From contig JBJCIZ010000239.1 of assembly GCA_051294375.1 (NCBI GenBank), forward strand, positions 28,405 to 92,404: a stretch of 64,000 nt of DNA. The letters run 5' to 3'. The position numbers and the translations under genes were made by a program. Below are positions 1 through 12,405 of the stretch, one piece after another. Positions within the stretch are counted from its first letter, which is position 1; each line of letters begins with the position of its first letter. The notes under the pieces are model-generated. The model searched no databases and was not told the origin of the DNA. It saw only the letters and a list, made by a program, of their open reading frames with translations. The DNA is from Paraspadella gotoi. Its lineage: Eukaryota; Animalia; Chaetognatha.

Positions 1-486
1 TATCGGTCGGTCCATCATATCGGTCGGTCAGTTCGACATATCGGTTGGTCCGTCAGTCAAAACAGTTGATAAGTCTGTACTGTCAGCCATATTGGTCGGA
101 GAATCTTTCGGTCGGTTAATCCTGTTGGTTGGTCATTCTGCCATGTCGGTCAGTCAGTTTGTCACATTGGTCGATCGATCTATCATGTCGGTCGGTCAGT
201 CTATCATATCAGTAGGACAATCTGTATATCATGTTGGTCAGTCAGTCAGTCCATTATATTGATAGGTCAGGCTGTCATTTTGGTAATTCAGGCTGTTGTA
301 TCGGTCGGTCAATCCATCTTGTCAGTCAGTCAATCTTATCAATCGGTCAGTATATCTTGTCGGTCGATCAGTCTATAAAATCGGTCTTACAGTCTGTCAT
401 CTCAGTCGGTCAGTCTATCAGTTCAATCAGTCAGTTTATCTTGTCGGTCAGTCGAACATTTCGGTCAATCAGTCATGTTACATCGG
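1..486. repeat. Degenerate (TCGG/TCAG)n-based minisatellite
   Basis: Recurring tcggtcggtcagtc / tcagtcagtc motifs, each followed by tatcatat-like spacers, throughout the interval. Confidence 0.85.
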
Positions 487-876
487 ATAAAAATAGAAAA
501 TAAAAAAAATTGCCGTCACCTCCGTCTCGCGTTATACGAGGCAATCAATGTCTTTTGTTTTATGGCATTTCGCCGAAGGTGAAAGTTTATGGCATTTCTC
601 TCTCTTGTTTTTTGCATAATTCGTTGCGGTTTGCAATGTGTATTGACTCCATTGACGCCGTTGCAGAATGTCGTTGCAGAAGTTGCTCCCATATTTCATC
701 GACCCGTTTTTCTTCTCATTCCCTATTTATTTTTTTTTTCTATTCTTTTTTTTTTTTGATACAGAAAAATCGTTTATTTTTAACAACTAACAACATCAAA
801 AATTTATATTACTATTTTCCTTTAGTTAGCTTTTCGTCTATTTCCGTCGGTATTCATTATTCAACATAGAAACGTC

Positions 877-928
877 ATTAATACTTTCCTTAATACTTTC
901 ATTAATACTTTCCTTAATACTTTCATTA
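877..928. repeat. 12-bp tandem repeat (TAATACTTTCMT) x4
   Basis: taatactttcct taatactttcat taatactttcct taatactttcat read directly. Confidence 0.9.
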
Positions 929-1019
929 AAACTCCCCGATTGAAAATATATTTTTATCGTCCTATTCATCCAAACATTTTCCTGGCATCGCCTCTACCGA
1001 CCAAGCGAATAAAACTTAC

Positions 1020-1139
1020 CTTGGCTCCGTATCCCTCACCCAAGTTCACGCGCGACTCGTTCTCGTCACTCGAAGCCTTTAAACTCTCGTCCCTTTTCCC
1101 GCCATTTTCCCGCGTTAATGGTTTCGCTCGGAGGAGGGA
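1020..1139 (-). CDS. Candidate internal exon of an unidentified minus-strand gene (SLLRAKPLTRENGGKRDESLKASSDENESRVNLGEGYGAK)
   Basis: On the minus strand: cccacAG acceptor, 120 nt (40 codons) open in phase 0, and a consensus AG|GTAAGT donor. No homology recognised. Confidence 0.4.
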
Positions 1140-1280
1140 CTGTGGGACTGGGGACTGGGGACTGGATACTGGGTCCATAGCGCGAAGCTCCGTCGGAATG
1201 ACTCGTTTGGGTCCGCGTCAGCGACGGTTCGAAGCGGTGTTCGGCATTGTCGCCGTTTCGAACGACGCGGTCGATCCTAA

Positions 1281-1430
1281 GGTTTAGGTCCTCCATCACT
1301 CTTACGAGATAATGACATAATGACATAGCTTTCAATCAAGATTCTCTCACAGTCTCGTTTATTCACTCCCAGAGTACCTTGGCTTCCCTATCAATGAAGT
1401 TGTATAATGTTTCAAAGAATGTTTCAATTT
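1281..1430. mobile_element. Partial copy of the ~205/350-bp dispersed repeat (family R1), inverted relative to the 10.3 kb copy
   Basis: ctccatcactcttacgagataatgacat...ttcaatcaag...cacagtctcgtttattcactcccagagtacc...ccctatcaatgaag is the reverse complement of 10295-10420. Confidence 0.9.
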
Positions 1431-1792
1431 TCTCAAAAGGGAGACAAAATTAGAATTGTTAGTTGAAACCTTGAAAGGGTACCGTGCCTCCAACGATTGA
1501 GTGGCCTCTCGCCTTATCCCTCTACTGGCCTTGGTGAGGATTGCAAAGAAAGCTGGTGTGTTTAAGGGCACAGGGAAAGTTTTGTAGAGTGAGTGTTGCA
1601 GAGAAATCCCAAAAGATTAAAGGAACATGGATGAGGTTTGCAGGGGTGAGAGTCATTGAGTGAGACTCTGTAAGTTACGGCGCCCCAATGGGATAAGACG
1701 AGTCGACTTCCCTCGACTGACAATAGAAACTTTTCCGCCGATGAAAATTCCTACGCAGTCGTAAAATTCGAGATTCAATCAAGATCGGCACC

Positions 1793-2625
1793 ATTGTCGT
1801 CGTCGTCGTCGTCGTCGTTGTCGTGATCTTTCATCATCTCTTTTTTGATTCGCTGTCGTCGTCGTCATTGTCATCGTCATCGTTTTCAATGTTTTCCTTG
1901 TTGTCGTCTTACATGACTTTGTCTTTGATTCATCGTCGTAGTTTTCCTGGTCATTGTCGTCGTCATTGTCGTCATCATCATTGCCGTCATCTTCTCCTCA
2001 TTTCTTTTTTGATTCTTTGTCGTCATCATTGTCGTCATCATCATTGCGTCATCTTCTCTCATTTCTTCTTTGATTCGTTGTCATCGTCATTGGTCGTCAT
2101 CATCATATGCCGNNNNNNNNNNNNNNNNNNNNNNNNNNNNNNNNNNNNNNNNNNNNNNNNNNNNNNNNNNNNNNNNNNNNNNNNNNNNNNNNNNNNNNNN
2201 NNNNNNNNNNNNNNNNNNNNNNNNNNNNNNNNNNNNNNNNNNNNNNNNNNNNNNNNNNNNNNNNNTCATTTCTTCTTTGATTCGTTGTCATCGTCATTGT
2301 CGTCACAATCATTGCCATCATCTTCTCTCATTTCTTTTTTGATTCTTTGTTGTCGTCATAGTCGTCATCATCATTGTCGTCGTCTTCGTTGTCGTCTCTT
2401 NNNNNNNNNNNNNNNNNNNNNNNNNNNNNNNNNNNNNNNNNNNNNNNNNNNNNNNNNNNNNNNNNNNNNNNNNNNNNNNNNNNNNNNNNNNNNNNNNNNN
2501 NNNNNNNNNNNNNNNNNNNNNNGTCGTCGTCTTCGTTGTCGTCTCTTATAATTTCTTCGTTGGTTCGTTGTCGTCGTCTTCGTCGTCATCATTGTAGTCG
2601 TCGTCGTCGTCGTCGTCGTCGTCGT
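1793..2625. repeat. (GTC/ATC)n-rich degenerate minisatellite with recurring tttctt(c/t)tttgattc cores, interrupted by two gaps
   Basis: Repeated tcatcttctctcatttcttctttgattc(g/t)ttgtc units among gtc/atc triplets. Confidence 0.85.
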
Positions 2626-2796
2626 CTTTCCTGCTTCTTTGACAGTTCAATGTTCGCCTTTTGTAACAGCTTTTTTCGTTCGTTCGGCGTGAGTCGCGCA
2701 TGCGCCGGTTTAGACAGTGTAGTATTTCTAAAGCGTAGAGTATCGGGGGGCACGTGGTATTTCAGAAGCGCTTTAGCGCCTTCTCCCAATGTCTTC
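2626..2796 (-). CDS. Candidate exon (KTLGEGAKALLKYHVPPDTLRFRNTTLSKPAHARLTPNERKKLLQKANIELSKKQE)
   Basis: Non-repetitive open frame downstream of a pyrimidine tract and an AG. No clear donor and no recognised homology. Confidence 0.25.
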
Positions 2797-3728
2797 CTTT
2801 TACGGCGGCAACAGAAGGAAAAGGAATAATTGGGAAAATTCAACAGCTACGAAGAGATTCGTCACAGGGGGCGAAGCCCAAATTCAGAGTTCATTTTTTG
2901 TATTTGTAAATTCTAATTATTATTTAGTATATCATATTATATCATTATCATTACATTATAATAGTACTATTGGTATGTTAGCGGCATTAGAATAAATTAT
3001 TACAGGTCTAGACGGCAGATTGGTTTTCGATCTGTTACTCCCTCGCGACGATAACGACGACGCCCGAAGAGGGAAGACGGACGGACGGGCTTCTGCACAG
3101 TCGAGCGATTCCCGGAGAGTCGAGATGCTGATCAGGGTGAAAATGGAATGCTGCGTGGGAGGATGCGGGTGCTGCCAGCAACGTTATGCTTTGACATGCT
3201 GCAGCTGGTATCCATAGTTTCTACGAGAANNNNNNNNNNNNNNNNNNNNNNNNNAGAGAGAGAGAGAGAGAGAGAGAGAGCAATTAAGAGAGAGAGAGAA
3301 AGAGAGAGCAAGAAAGAGAGAGAAGGGGATTTGGGAGAGAGAGAGAGAGAGGGTTAAAAGGGAAATTTAAAAGATATGAAGAGAGAATAGAAATAGAAAT
3401 AATGTTTTCTTCCTGTTAAAATTTCTGTGAAGTGAAAATCATCATCGAATCTCATCTCTCTCACTTTCTCATCCCAACCACGACTGGGTCACGTGATCCC
3501 TCTCAGATCGATTCACGCGCGATTCGATTTCGTTACGAAAAAGAAAAAAAAAAAATTGGATGGTTATATTTATTGGTTTGTTGTATTTATCTTGATTTTA
3601 AATTTTCCTGGATAAAATAAAACGTTTGGAATGAATTACACGCTACGATTCTTCCTTCTTTTTTAGTGTCAGTCTGTCGCCATTGCCGAGATATCGAGGC
3701 ACATCACGTCACATTGAATGTCAACTAC

Positions 3729-3732
3729 GTCG

Positions 3733-3818
<86 letters not shown>
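3729..3818. repeat. (GTC)n microsatellite, ~30 units
   Basis: Direct reading. Confidence 0.95.
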
Positions 3819-3821
<3 letters not shown>

Positions 3822-3908
3822 CTCAACGAGGTCGACTACGTCATTATCTTCGATTTGACAATTAGCCTCGGCAATCAATATCGACCACCTTGCCAATACA
3901 TGGCTTAC

Positions 3909-3948
3909 TTTCTCTCTCTCTCTCTCTTTCTTGCTCTTTTTCTTTCCT

Positions 3949-4015
<67 letters not shown>

Positions 4016-4020
4016 CTTTC
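3909..4020. repeat. (CT)n/(TTTC)n microsatellite
   Basis: Direct reading. Confidence 0.95.
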
Positions 4021-4377
4021 CTCTCTTCCCCCCTTCTCTCCCTCATTACAAGCCAAGGAAGCAATTGCATATTGCATATTGCATATTGCACGTAGATTGT
4101 CCCGCACAGCATGTTAGACCGACCTGGTTTCATCACCCGTCATTCGTTCGACCTTTGCGCGTTGGTTCTCTGAGGCCGACGACGAACGACGACGACGACG
4201 ACGACGATGACGACGAACGACGAATGACGACGACGACGACGACGACGACGACGATAATGTATTCTCTTTCCCCTTTTATCTACGAGCCTTGCTTCGCCGG
4301 TTGTCGTGAGGTCAAATCGCTGCTCCGTGCGAACTTGTTTCCCCCATTTCCTTTTCAGCCTCGTGCTAAGCTTTTTA

Positions 4378-4408
<31 letters not shown>

Positions 4409-5413
4409 NNNNNNNNNNNNNNNNNNNNNNNNNNNNNNNNNNNNNNNNNNNNNNNNNNNNNNNNNNNNNNNNNNNNNNNNNNNNNNNNNNNNNNNNNNNN
4501 NNNNNNNNNNNNNNNNNNNNNNNNNNNNNNNNNNNNNNNNNNNNNNNNNNNNNNNNNNNNNNNNNNNNNNNNNNNNNNNNNNNNNNNNNNNNNNNNNNNN
4601 NNNNNNNNNNNNNNNNNNNNNNNNNNNNNNNNNNTTAAAACCATCATTGATCGCCAATGAACTCTTCAAAGCATTATTAACATAATTATCTAACTCGTTA
4701 TATTAAATCACAACCATGAAAAACAAAACTCAAAGTCAAAAAGAATAAATCGACTTTTTTTTTTTCAGCAAAAAACACAAATTTTTTATGTCTCAAGTTT
4801 AAATGTTTAGTCTTGAGTCTTAACTTAAAATATTTAAAATTCCGTCCCTTTTTTTTTTTCGTCCCAAAATCGAAAACCGGAAGTCTGAGGCGAGGAACAC
4901 AAGTTGGCAGCAGCCATGGGCGTGGACCGGAGGGAAAAGAAGGACGCCAGGGCCAAAACAAGAGAGAGAGAGGGAGAGAGAGAGAGAGAGACAGAGAGAG
5001 AGTAGAGAGAGAGAGAGAGAGGAGGAGAGAGAGAGAGAGAGAGCAGAGAGCACAGAGAGAGAAGAAAGAAAGAATGGAGCAAGAAAGATCTGAGAGAAAA
5101 GGCGTGGCCCTCCGCGGGATACAAAGCATAGAGGAAAGCAAGAGAGAGAAAGGGGAAGTGAGAGAACGAGAGAGAGAATAGAGAGAGAGAGAGCAGAGAC
5201 AGAGAAGAAAGGAGGAGAAGAGAGTAGGGAGGGAAGCGGATATAGAAAAGGATAGAAGTTACAAGAGGAAAGGATATAGAAAAGGAATAATAGAAAAGGA
5301 GGAAAAAAAGAATGAGAGAAAGAGGGAAGGGTTATCTACTCTTTTTTTCTTTCAAGAGAAAGAAAGAAGAACAAGCTAGAAGAGATTAAACGCAGGAGGA
5401 GAAGAAAGAGTGA

Positions 5414-5506
<93 letters not shown>

Positions 5507-6055
5507 CCNNNNNNNNNNNNNNNNNNNNNNNNNGACCCTCAACGCTTCCAATCTTCATCCAAAGGCGGCGCCCAAGGAGAAAAAATTAAGCCAAAACAAA
5601 CTGGGATTCATGTTAAAGGGGATTTTGGTTTAATCGAGGCTGAGCCTTAATTCGACAGAGAGAGAGATAGAGAGAGAGAGAGAGAGTGAGAGAGAGAGAG
5701 AGAGAGAAATGAATAAATCCAGGTTAGTTCGACTGTGCGGATAAATTCGTTATTGTTCTACTCAACAGCCTGATCAAGCCAAAACACCTTCACCCATAAT
5801 CCTTTCCTACTGTTCAATGCCTGATCAGAAGCCCCGTAATTCTTCTTGCTTAATCTGGCGCCAGGCTTAAAACCAGAAATTCATTTTCCTGCCATACCCA
5901 AGTCCGACTTATTCTCGCGTCTGATTCGGATTAAATAGAGAGCGTATTCGATTGCCAATAATCGAGGGTCTGTGTTGCGATCTGCCTTTTTTAACTCCAT
6001 TCGTGATGTTACAAGGAAAGTATTTTAGGGATATCAAACATTAATGTAGTCGCGT

Positions 6056-6241
6056 AAACTGTAAAAATAAAACTTATTATTTACATACTTTTATTCCTAT
6101 TGAGAAATAATTTAAAAATAAGGTTTAAAATAAGTGCTCTAGATATTTAATTTATTCCTAAAGCTTAGCACTCGTAGTATTAAAAAAGAAACAACAAATG
6201 ATGTTTTGAAACTTTGTATCAAATTCGGTTTTTACAGTTTA
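6056..6241. mobile_element. Possible short MITE with 13-bp terminal inverted repeats
   Basis: taaactgtaaaaa at 6056 and tttttacagttta ending at 6241 enclose an AT-rich interior. No convincing TSD. Confidence 0.4.
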
Positions 6242-6651
6242 ACCCCTTTCGCCATTTTGTTACAAATTCGAGAGGTTTCTGCGCAGGATGATAATACAGA
6301 TTAGAACACAAATAACCAATATCATTAATTTTTTAAATTCGTAATAAAAAGATTTTCAAACTTAATTTCAATTATTTTAAAAAACATAATTTTTAATACC
6401 TTTTTATCCCCTGAAAGCCCTCAAAATATTTATACTAAACTTTATATAAAGTGATAAGAAAATGGAAAACAAATTTTCAAAAATAAATAAAAAAAAAAAA
6501 TTAAATTATTAAAAAATTAGCCTAGGGAACTCCCCCAAGGTCTCTTTTATGAAATCTGACTAGTTTCACGTATGGGTTTCTTTTTGTTCCAAAAGTCGAC
6601 AAAGGGTTACGCCGTGTTCAACATTGTTACCTTATGAGTTACGGTTTTTAC

Positions 6652-6672
6652 CTTCTCGTGTAAATCGTTAAT

Positions 6673-6710
<38 letters not shown>

Positions 6711-6765
6711 TCGTCTCGCCCACAGACGCCGTCGCTCCTAATTTGCTTTTTCGCGTTTTGATCAC
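6652..6765 (-). CDS. Candidate exon with poly-Asp (VIKTRKSKLGATASVGETND12INDLHEK)
   Basis: tttcAG acceptor, 114 nt open in phase 0, AG|GTAAAA donor. The pyrimidine tract is weak. Confidence 0.25.
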
Positions 6766-6837
6766 CTGAAATTTCATCAACATAATTTCGGAAGCCGTCA
6801 CGAGATGGAAAAAGGGGGGGGACAGACTGGTGGATGT

Positions 6838-7813
6838 TAGGGCGTTGAAAAATAACGAAATATAACAAATCAATAAGGTACATAGCTATTTTAGTGTAAA
6901 TAAAGTCTGTAGAATTCGATGATGATAACCATTTTTTTGTATAGTCTCACTTTCTTTGTCGGAAATGGCGATTTTTTGCAGATATAAGGTGCTATTAAAA
7001 TGGAGCAAACATTGTAGAGTATAAGAAACTCAAATTATTAAGATTTTATAAAAACCATTATTAACTTACATAATATGAAAATAAAGACCCATATAAATAT
7101 TTTGGTAAGTTTATTTACAAATTTTATATTTATTAATAGTTTGTAAGCTATATTTATTAATAATAATAAAAAAAAATAAGCTAAAGTGAAAAATAAAAAT
7201 TTTTAAATTTTTAAAACAAGATTGAATTCCTTACAAAAAGTTGATATAAGAAAATATAATCCATTTTAAAAAATTCTTTCATTAAGTAGGTTAAAAAATA
7301 TTAACAAATTATTTTTGTTTTAATTTTTCAATTTTGGGCTTAAAATTATAGTTTTTTGAATTTGGACCAACTTAATGACATAATTTTGATATAAAAATTA
7401 TATTTTCTTATATCAACTTTTTGCAAAGAATGCAAATCCATGAAAAAAATTTTGAAATTATTATTTTTTTAACTTTAGCCAATTTTTACTCATAATTATT
7501 AATAAATATAGTTAACTAACTTTTTTAATAAAACATAAAATTTAGATATAAACTTACCAAAATATTTTTATTAATCTTTATTTTATATTTCAAAAGCTCA
7601 TATAAATTTTATAAAATTTTTAATAATTTGATTTATCATAACTTATAATGGTTTTAATAATTTTATATACATTAAAAACCCTTATTTTCGACAAGAAAGA
7701 TAAAATTATACAAAAAAATGGTCATCACCATCGAATTCTACAGACATACATTACACTAAAATAGCTATGTACCTCACTTGATTTGTTTATATTTTTTTAT
7801 TTTCAACGCTCTA
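6838..7813. mobile_element. 976-bp foldback non-autonomous DNA transposon (hAT-like MITE)
   Basis: Ends are TAGGGCGTTGAAAA and TTTTCAACGCTCTA. The arms stay reverse-complementary almost to the centre (e.g. ggtacatagctattttagtgtaa / ttacactaaaatagctatgtacc; caaaaagttgatataagaaaatataat / attatattttcttatatcaactttttg). Perfect 8-bp TSD GTGGATGT at 6830-6837 and 7814-7821. Confidence 0.92.
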
Positions 7814-8099
7814 GTGGATGTGGAGCGAGTCCGGGGGGGGAGGGGGTTTGGGGTGGAGCAGGAGCGGTGGGGGGTAGCATGGGGAGCAATGGGAGATTCG
7901 AGGAAAGAGTTGGATGGAGCGAAGGGGGAGGAACAGGAGCGACGTTGTGGAGTAGACAGCGATGAAACTAGAAGGTCATTCAGGGAGGGATCGCGTACGC
8001 ATTGAGTCTGGGGTGCAGTTGAAGTCGGGCATCGAGTTCACCCCGTCTCTAAGCGTGACACCTTCAGTCATGACTCATTGAGAACTACCATGAGCCCAT

Positions 8100-8302
8100 G
8101 ACCATTAGGTTCCGGGATCGATCCCCAATGATGCATACCCCCGTGGGAGGCGTGAGGACGGCCGTAAAGTGCCTTGGGGGCGTGGAAAACCCCCAAGACT
8201 TGTTTCGAGCCCAAGACCCGTTTCATTGGCCGCTAGAGGGGGGTTTTAAAAATTAGTTGCGGATAGCGCTCTTCAGTTCGCTTAGCGCCTTATCCACACA
8301 AT
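8100..8302 (+). mobile_element. tRNA-derived SINE-like element (family S1)
   Basis: B-box-like ggttccgggatcgatcccc at ~8108. The body is homologous to the reverse complement of 34565-34720. 3' hairpin gcggatagcgct...agcgccttatccac. Confidence 0.65.
8159..8245 (+). ncRNA. Degenerate twister-ribozyme-like motif inside S1
   Basis: Order TAA - agt - GC - stem cttggggg/cccccaag - stem cttg[tttcgagcc]caag - gct - aGAGGG follows the type-P1 twister layout. The L4 loop is diverged. Confidence 0.35.
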
Positions 8303-8617
8303 AATAGAGTCCTGTGTAAAAAGGATACATAACTAGTGAAGAAGACTGCGACCGAAGCGAGTATGAATGGAGAATTAAGGAAAGATTCTCCGTGGTGAGA
8401 ACGATTCATGATTGTTAGTCGAGAATTGTTAAAAATGAGGTGTGGGGCTTAAAAAGAGCCTGAACGTCACAGTGAGGAAAGAGTAAAGAGTAAAGAGTGC
8501 GAGGTTCGGGTTGCACGTCGCGTGCTCCGGGGTGAAGGCTCAAAATCTAAAAAAAAAAGGACTGTAATTCAAATGTGTTGCGCCGCAGTGACTTTCTTAT
8601 CACGTGTATTTCTCGTA

Positions 8618-8691
8618 ACATGATCTGACATGACGTGACATCGCATGACGTGACCTGACATAACATGACGTGACGTGAGATGACTACGTCA
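8618..8691. repeat. (TGACR)n pentamer repeat
   Basis: tgacatgacgtgaca...tgacgtgacctgacataacatgacgtgacgtgagatgac. Confidence 0.85.
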
Positions 8692-8757
8692 CTACAATAA
8701 CTTTCTTAGCCCGTATATTTATTACATACACTGCATCAAAATTCCGTCTTTTATCTC

Positions 8758-8980
8758 TTTTTAGTTTTAGGATTTCCTGAAGGCGGAGCTAGCAGATTTG
8801 AGGTTTTTTTTTCTATATTAACAAAAGAAGAACAACCAACTATAGGCAAATTCTATGTATTTTAATGTAAGAAGGACAGACCGACGGACAGACATACCGA
8901 CCGACGGACCGACCGACAGACCGACCGAAAAGTTATTTATAGAGTTGCTCAGCCATTTTTCGCGGCGCAACTAAAAAAAA
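8758..8980 (+). mobile_element. Helentron-associated (HINE/DINE-1-like) non-autonomous element
   Basis: Internal (GACA/GACC/GACG)n microsatellite, then tatagAGTTGC...GCAACTaaaaaaaa terminal stem-loop plus A-run. The body is homologous to 19410-19595. Confidence 0.7.
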
Positions 8981-9113
8981 GGTTGACTTTCCCAAAAATT
9001 TACTTCCCCTTATTTTTTTTTTAATCCAATTCGCGTCGACGTCGCTTAACGAGATGTGAGCAAATGTCAAGCACTCACTCTCCCTCTCTCTGGAGCTGAG
9101 GAGAATGTCAGAG

Positions 9114-9168
<55 letters not shown>

Positions 9169-9255
9169 CTCCATCGCGTAAATAGTCATTGCGCTTTTGG
9201 ATGCGAACGTGAGGTGAATTGGATTTGAACGATATCCGACGGTGAGAGGGTCGGT

Positions 9256-9269
9256 CATGATGGTGATGG

Positions 9270-9300
<31 letters not shown>

Positions 9301-9395
9301 GATGATGATGATGCGATGATGGCGTGATGACGATTAAGATGTGATTACGATGTCATGGCAATGAAAATGATGATGATGATGATGATGATGATGAT
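9256..9395. repeat. (GAT)n microsatellite cluster
   Basis: Direct reading. Confidence 0.9.
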
Positions 9396-9673
9396 CACCA
9401 CCTTTAATCTATTTTTTCTCTGTTCGACCAAATCTCAGTTTGATCTCGAAGTTTTTATTTTTAGCCGAGTTTTATGGGCTAAAAAAAGACTACACTACTT
9501 TGTCATCATTTTTTCTAAACGACGAAAGATATTTTTTGGCTTAAAATAGTCACTGACAGCAAGAAAGAATTCGTTATGGATTGAAAATAGAAAACCCCCA
9601 AAAAATTAGCGAAATGGAACTAAAAACAAAAATGGCCTCTGGGAGACAACCTTACCATTTTTCGCTTCTTGTT

Positions 9674-9746
<73 letters not shown>

Positions 9747-9881
9747 ATCTTCAAACGCTCACTGTCTGTCTAACTGTCTGCAAAGTATCAGTTTGTCTTT
9801 CATTTTCTCTTTCTCCTCATTCTGCATTTTTCCATTTCACTCTGTCTGTCTGTCGTCTGTCTGTCTGTCTGTCTGTCTGTC

Positions 9882-9956
<75 letters not shown>

Positions 9957-10294
9957 TCTCTCTCCCCTCGGAAAAAAAAACCTCCAGCTAGTGTCATTCA
10001 ATTTCGGCAAAGTTGGAAGCAAGGAGACGATTTTTTTTCTTTCTCTCCTCTCGTTCTCTAACGGACGTTTAGCTAATAGCTGCGCCCCAAAATGGTTCTT
10101 CGTTTACAACTCTCTCTTTCTTTCTTTCTTTTTTTCTTTCTCTTTTTCTCTTTCCGCCCAAACGATTCGCGACGTCATCGCGTTGACGTCTCTCTCTTCA
10201 TTCCCGACGACGTCAACTCGTCGAACTCTCAATGAAGCGTCTTTGAGAATCCTGAGTCGTAACCTAACGAAGGAAATTAAAAAAAAAATATCTT

Positions 10295-10497
10295 TTCATT
10301 GATAGGGATTCCAGGTACTCTGGGAGTGAATAAATAAGACTGTGAGAGAGTCTTGATTGAAAGCTTGCAGGGACCTGCTATTTCATTATCTTGTAAGTGT
10401 GATGGAGGCCTTAAACCACCAAAGCCTGTCCAAAGTCAGGAGCAAGATAGCTTATGTATTAAATGAATAGAAAATTTTATATTGGTAGTAAAATTTC
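10295..10497. mobile_element. Near-complete ~205-bp core of dispersed repeat family R1
   Basis: ttcattgataggg...gtactctgggagtgaataaa...gaaagcttgcagggacctgc...gatggaggccttaaaccaccaaagcctgtccaaagtcagg...aattttatattgg. Ten or more copies or fragments in the window, on both strands. Confidence 0.9.
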
Positions 10498-10716
10498 GAA
10501 CAAAACCGTCAAACATTTTTCATCATGATTTGGTTCTGCGAGTCAGAAGCAGAAGAAGACGAGAACAACAGCAACATCAACTACATCAACAACAACAACA
10601 TCGACAACATTGATGGCGAAAATGAGAAAAACGTCGATGGGCGAAAGAAAAAAAAATTCGGGGGAAGAATCTTGGCCGCAAAAACCTTGACCTTTTCCCT
10701 CTGCGCTCAAACCCTC

Positions 10717-11231
10717 AATCTCATGTTCTCAACTCAGATATTCTCGTAATTCAACTTCTAATCTAATGTTCTCAACTCAGATCTTCTCCTAATTCAACTT
10801 ATAATCTCATGTTCTCAACTCGGATATTCTCGTAATTCAACTTCTAATCTAATGTTCTCAACTAAGATATTCTCTTTATTCAACTTCTATCCTCATGTTC
10901 TCAACTCAGATCTTCTCGTAATTCAACTTCTAATCTCATGTTCTCAACTCAGATCTTCTCGTAATTCAACTTCTAATCTCATTTTCTCAACTCAGATATT
11001 CTCGTAATTCAACTTCTAATCTCATTTTCTCAACTCAGATATTCTAGTAATTCAACTTCTAATCTCATGTTCTCAACTCAGATCTTCTCGTAATTCAACT
11101 TCTAATCTCATTTTCTCAACTCAGATATTCTCGTAATTCAACTTCTAATCTCATGTTCTCAACTCAGATCTTCTCTTAATTCAACTTCTAATCTCATCTT
11201 CTCAACTCAGATCTTCTTCTAATTCAACTTT
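10717..11231. repeat. 43-bp minisatellite, ~12 copies
   Basis: Unit aatctcatgttctcaactcagat(a/c)ttctcgtaattcaacttct, period 43. Confidence 0.95.
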
Positions 11232-11820
11232 TAACGAAAAAGATTTTCGTCGTCGTCGTCGTCGTCGTCGTCTTGAGAAATATGAATAAGAAAATGGAGA
11301 CTTGAAAAGTTCCGACGTCAGCGAAATGTTTTTGTCTCTTATTTTGGAGGAAATTGGGTTAGAGAGCCGAGCTAGGTATCTTTTTGACACGGAGGTGCGG
11401 TAAATGTTGTGGAGTTCCTGAGAGAGAGAGAGATTTATAGAGAGGGAGATATGTGTAGATTGAGAGAGGGAGGGGGAGAAAGAGAGAGAAACCAATATGA
11501 AATTTTTTTATTCGTTGGATAATCAAGCTATCTAGCCTTCTGACTTTTCTCGTTCAATTGATTAAACATCAGAGGAATAGTAATAGTAATAGTAATAGTA
11601 ATAAATTAATTGTAATGATGTTATAGCGTCGAAATTAAAGGTATTGTCTAAGATTTATTTAAGACTTAGCATATAAAGTAAATAAGAGTAGTTATGATTA
11701 GAATTCTAAAATTCAACGATTTTTTGTAATTATCTCTTTCATCATTTTGGCAGCGAATCAACAGTGAGGGCTTTTCGAATAACTCTGTCATACAACTGGC
11801 AAAATGGAGCCACGACCCTC

Positions 11821-11822
<2 letters not shown>

Positions 11823-11910
<88 letters not shown>

Positions 11911-12261
11911 AAATGGGAGAAATAAAGAAAGGAAAGAATGGCATCGACAAAAAAGAACAAAAAAGGAAAAAGAAAAATAAGTGAACACGAAAAAAGAAGA
12001 CAATTTACAGTTTGGGCGGGATGATTCGGGACTGAAAGGATTTCGAAGTGGATAGGGAGAGAGGGAGAAGAGAGGGAGAGAACGGGCAGGAGAGAGGGAA
12101 AGAGAAGTGGGAGAGAAAAGGGGAGAGAAAGAGGGAGAGGAGAGGGAGACAGGTGGGTGAGAGAGAGGGAGAGGTGACAGAGATGGGGGGACAGATAGCG
12201 GGACGCAGAGAGAAAGGGAAACAGAAATGCAAAGGAACGAGAAAGCAGAGACCACAAGAGA

Positions 12262-12293
<32 letters not shown>

Positions 12294-12405
12294 GAGAGAG
12301 CAGAGAGAGAGAGAGACGAGAGAGAAGAAAGGAGAGAAGAAGAGAGAGGAAAGAAAGGAGAGAGAGAGAGAGCGAGAGCAAGATGTTAGAGAGAGAAGAA
12401 GAGAG
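11823..12405. repeat. (AG)n and degenerate purine-rich tracts
   Basis: Direct reading. Confidence 0.9.

Noticed and set aside
3666-4685. Long ORFs in the track (339 aa here, and many SL/ER-repeat ORFs elsewhere)
   Set aside because: They are translations of microsatellites and N gaps that lack stop codons.
8100-8170. TCCTCAC on the minus strand as the L3 loop of an HDV-like ribozyme
   Set aside because: I could not build P1/P3 with the required geometry in either copy.
8258-8297. CTGAAGA on the minus strand as a hammerhead core
   Set aside because: No stem II plus GAAA follows. It lies in the loop of the SINE 3' hairpin.
10360-10380. ggtccctgcaagc in R1 (minus strand) resembling a twister loop
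   Set aside because: There is no downstream GAGGG or P2 partner.
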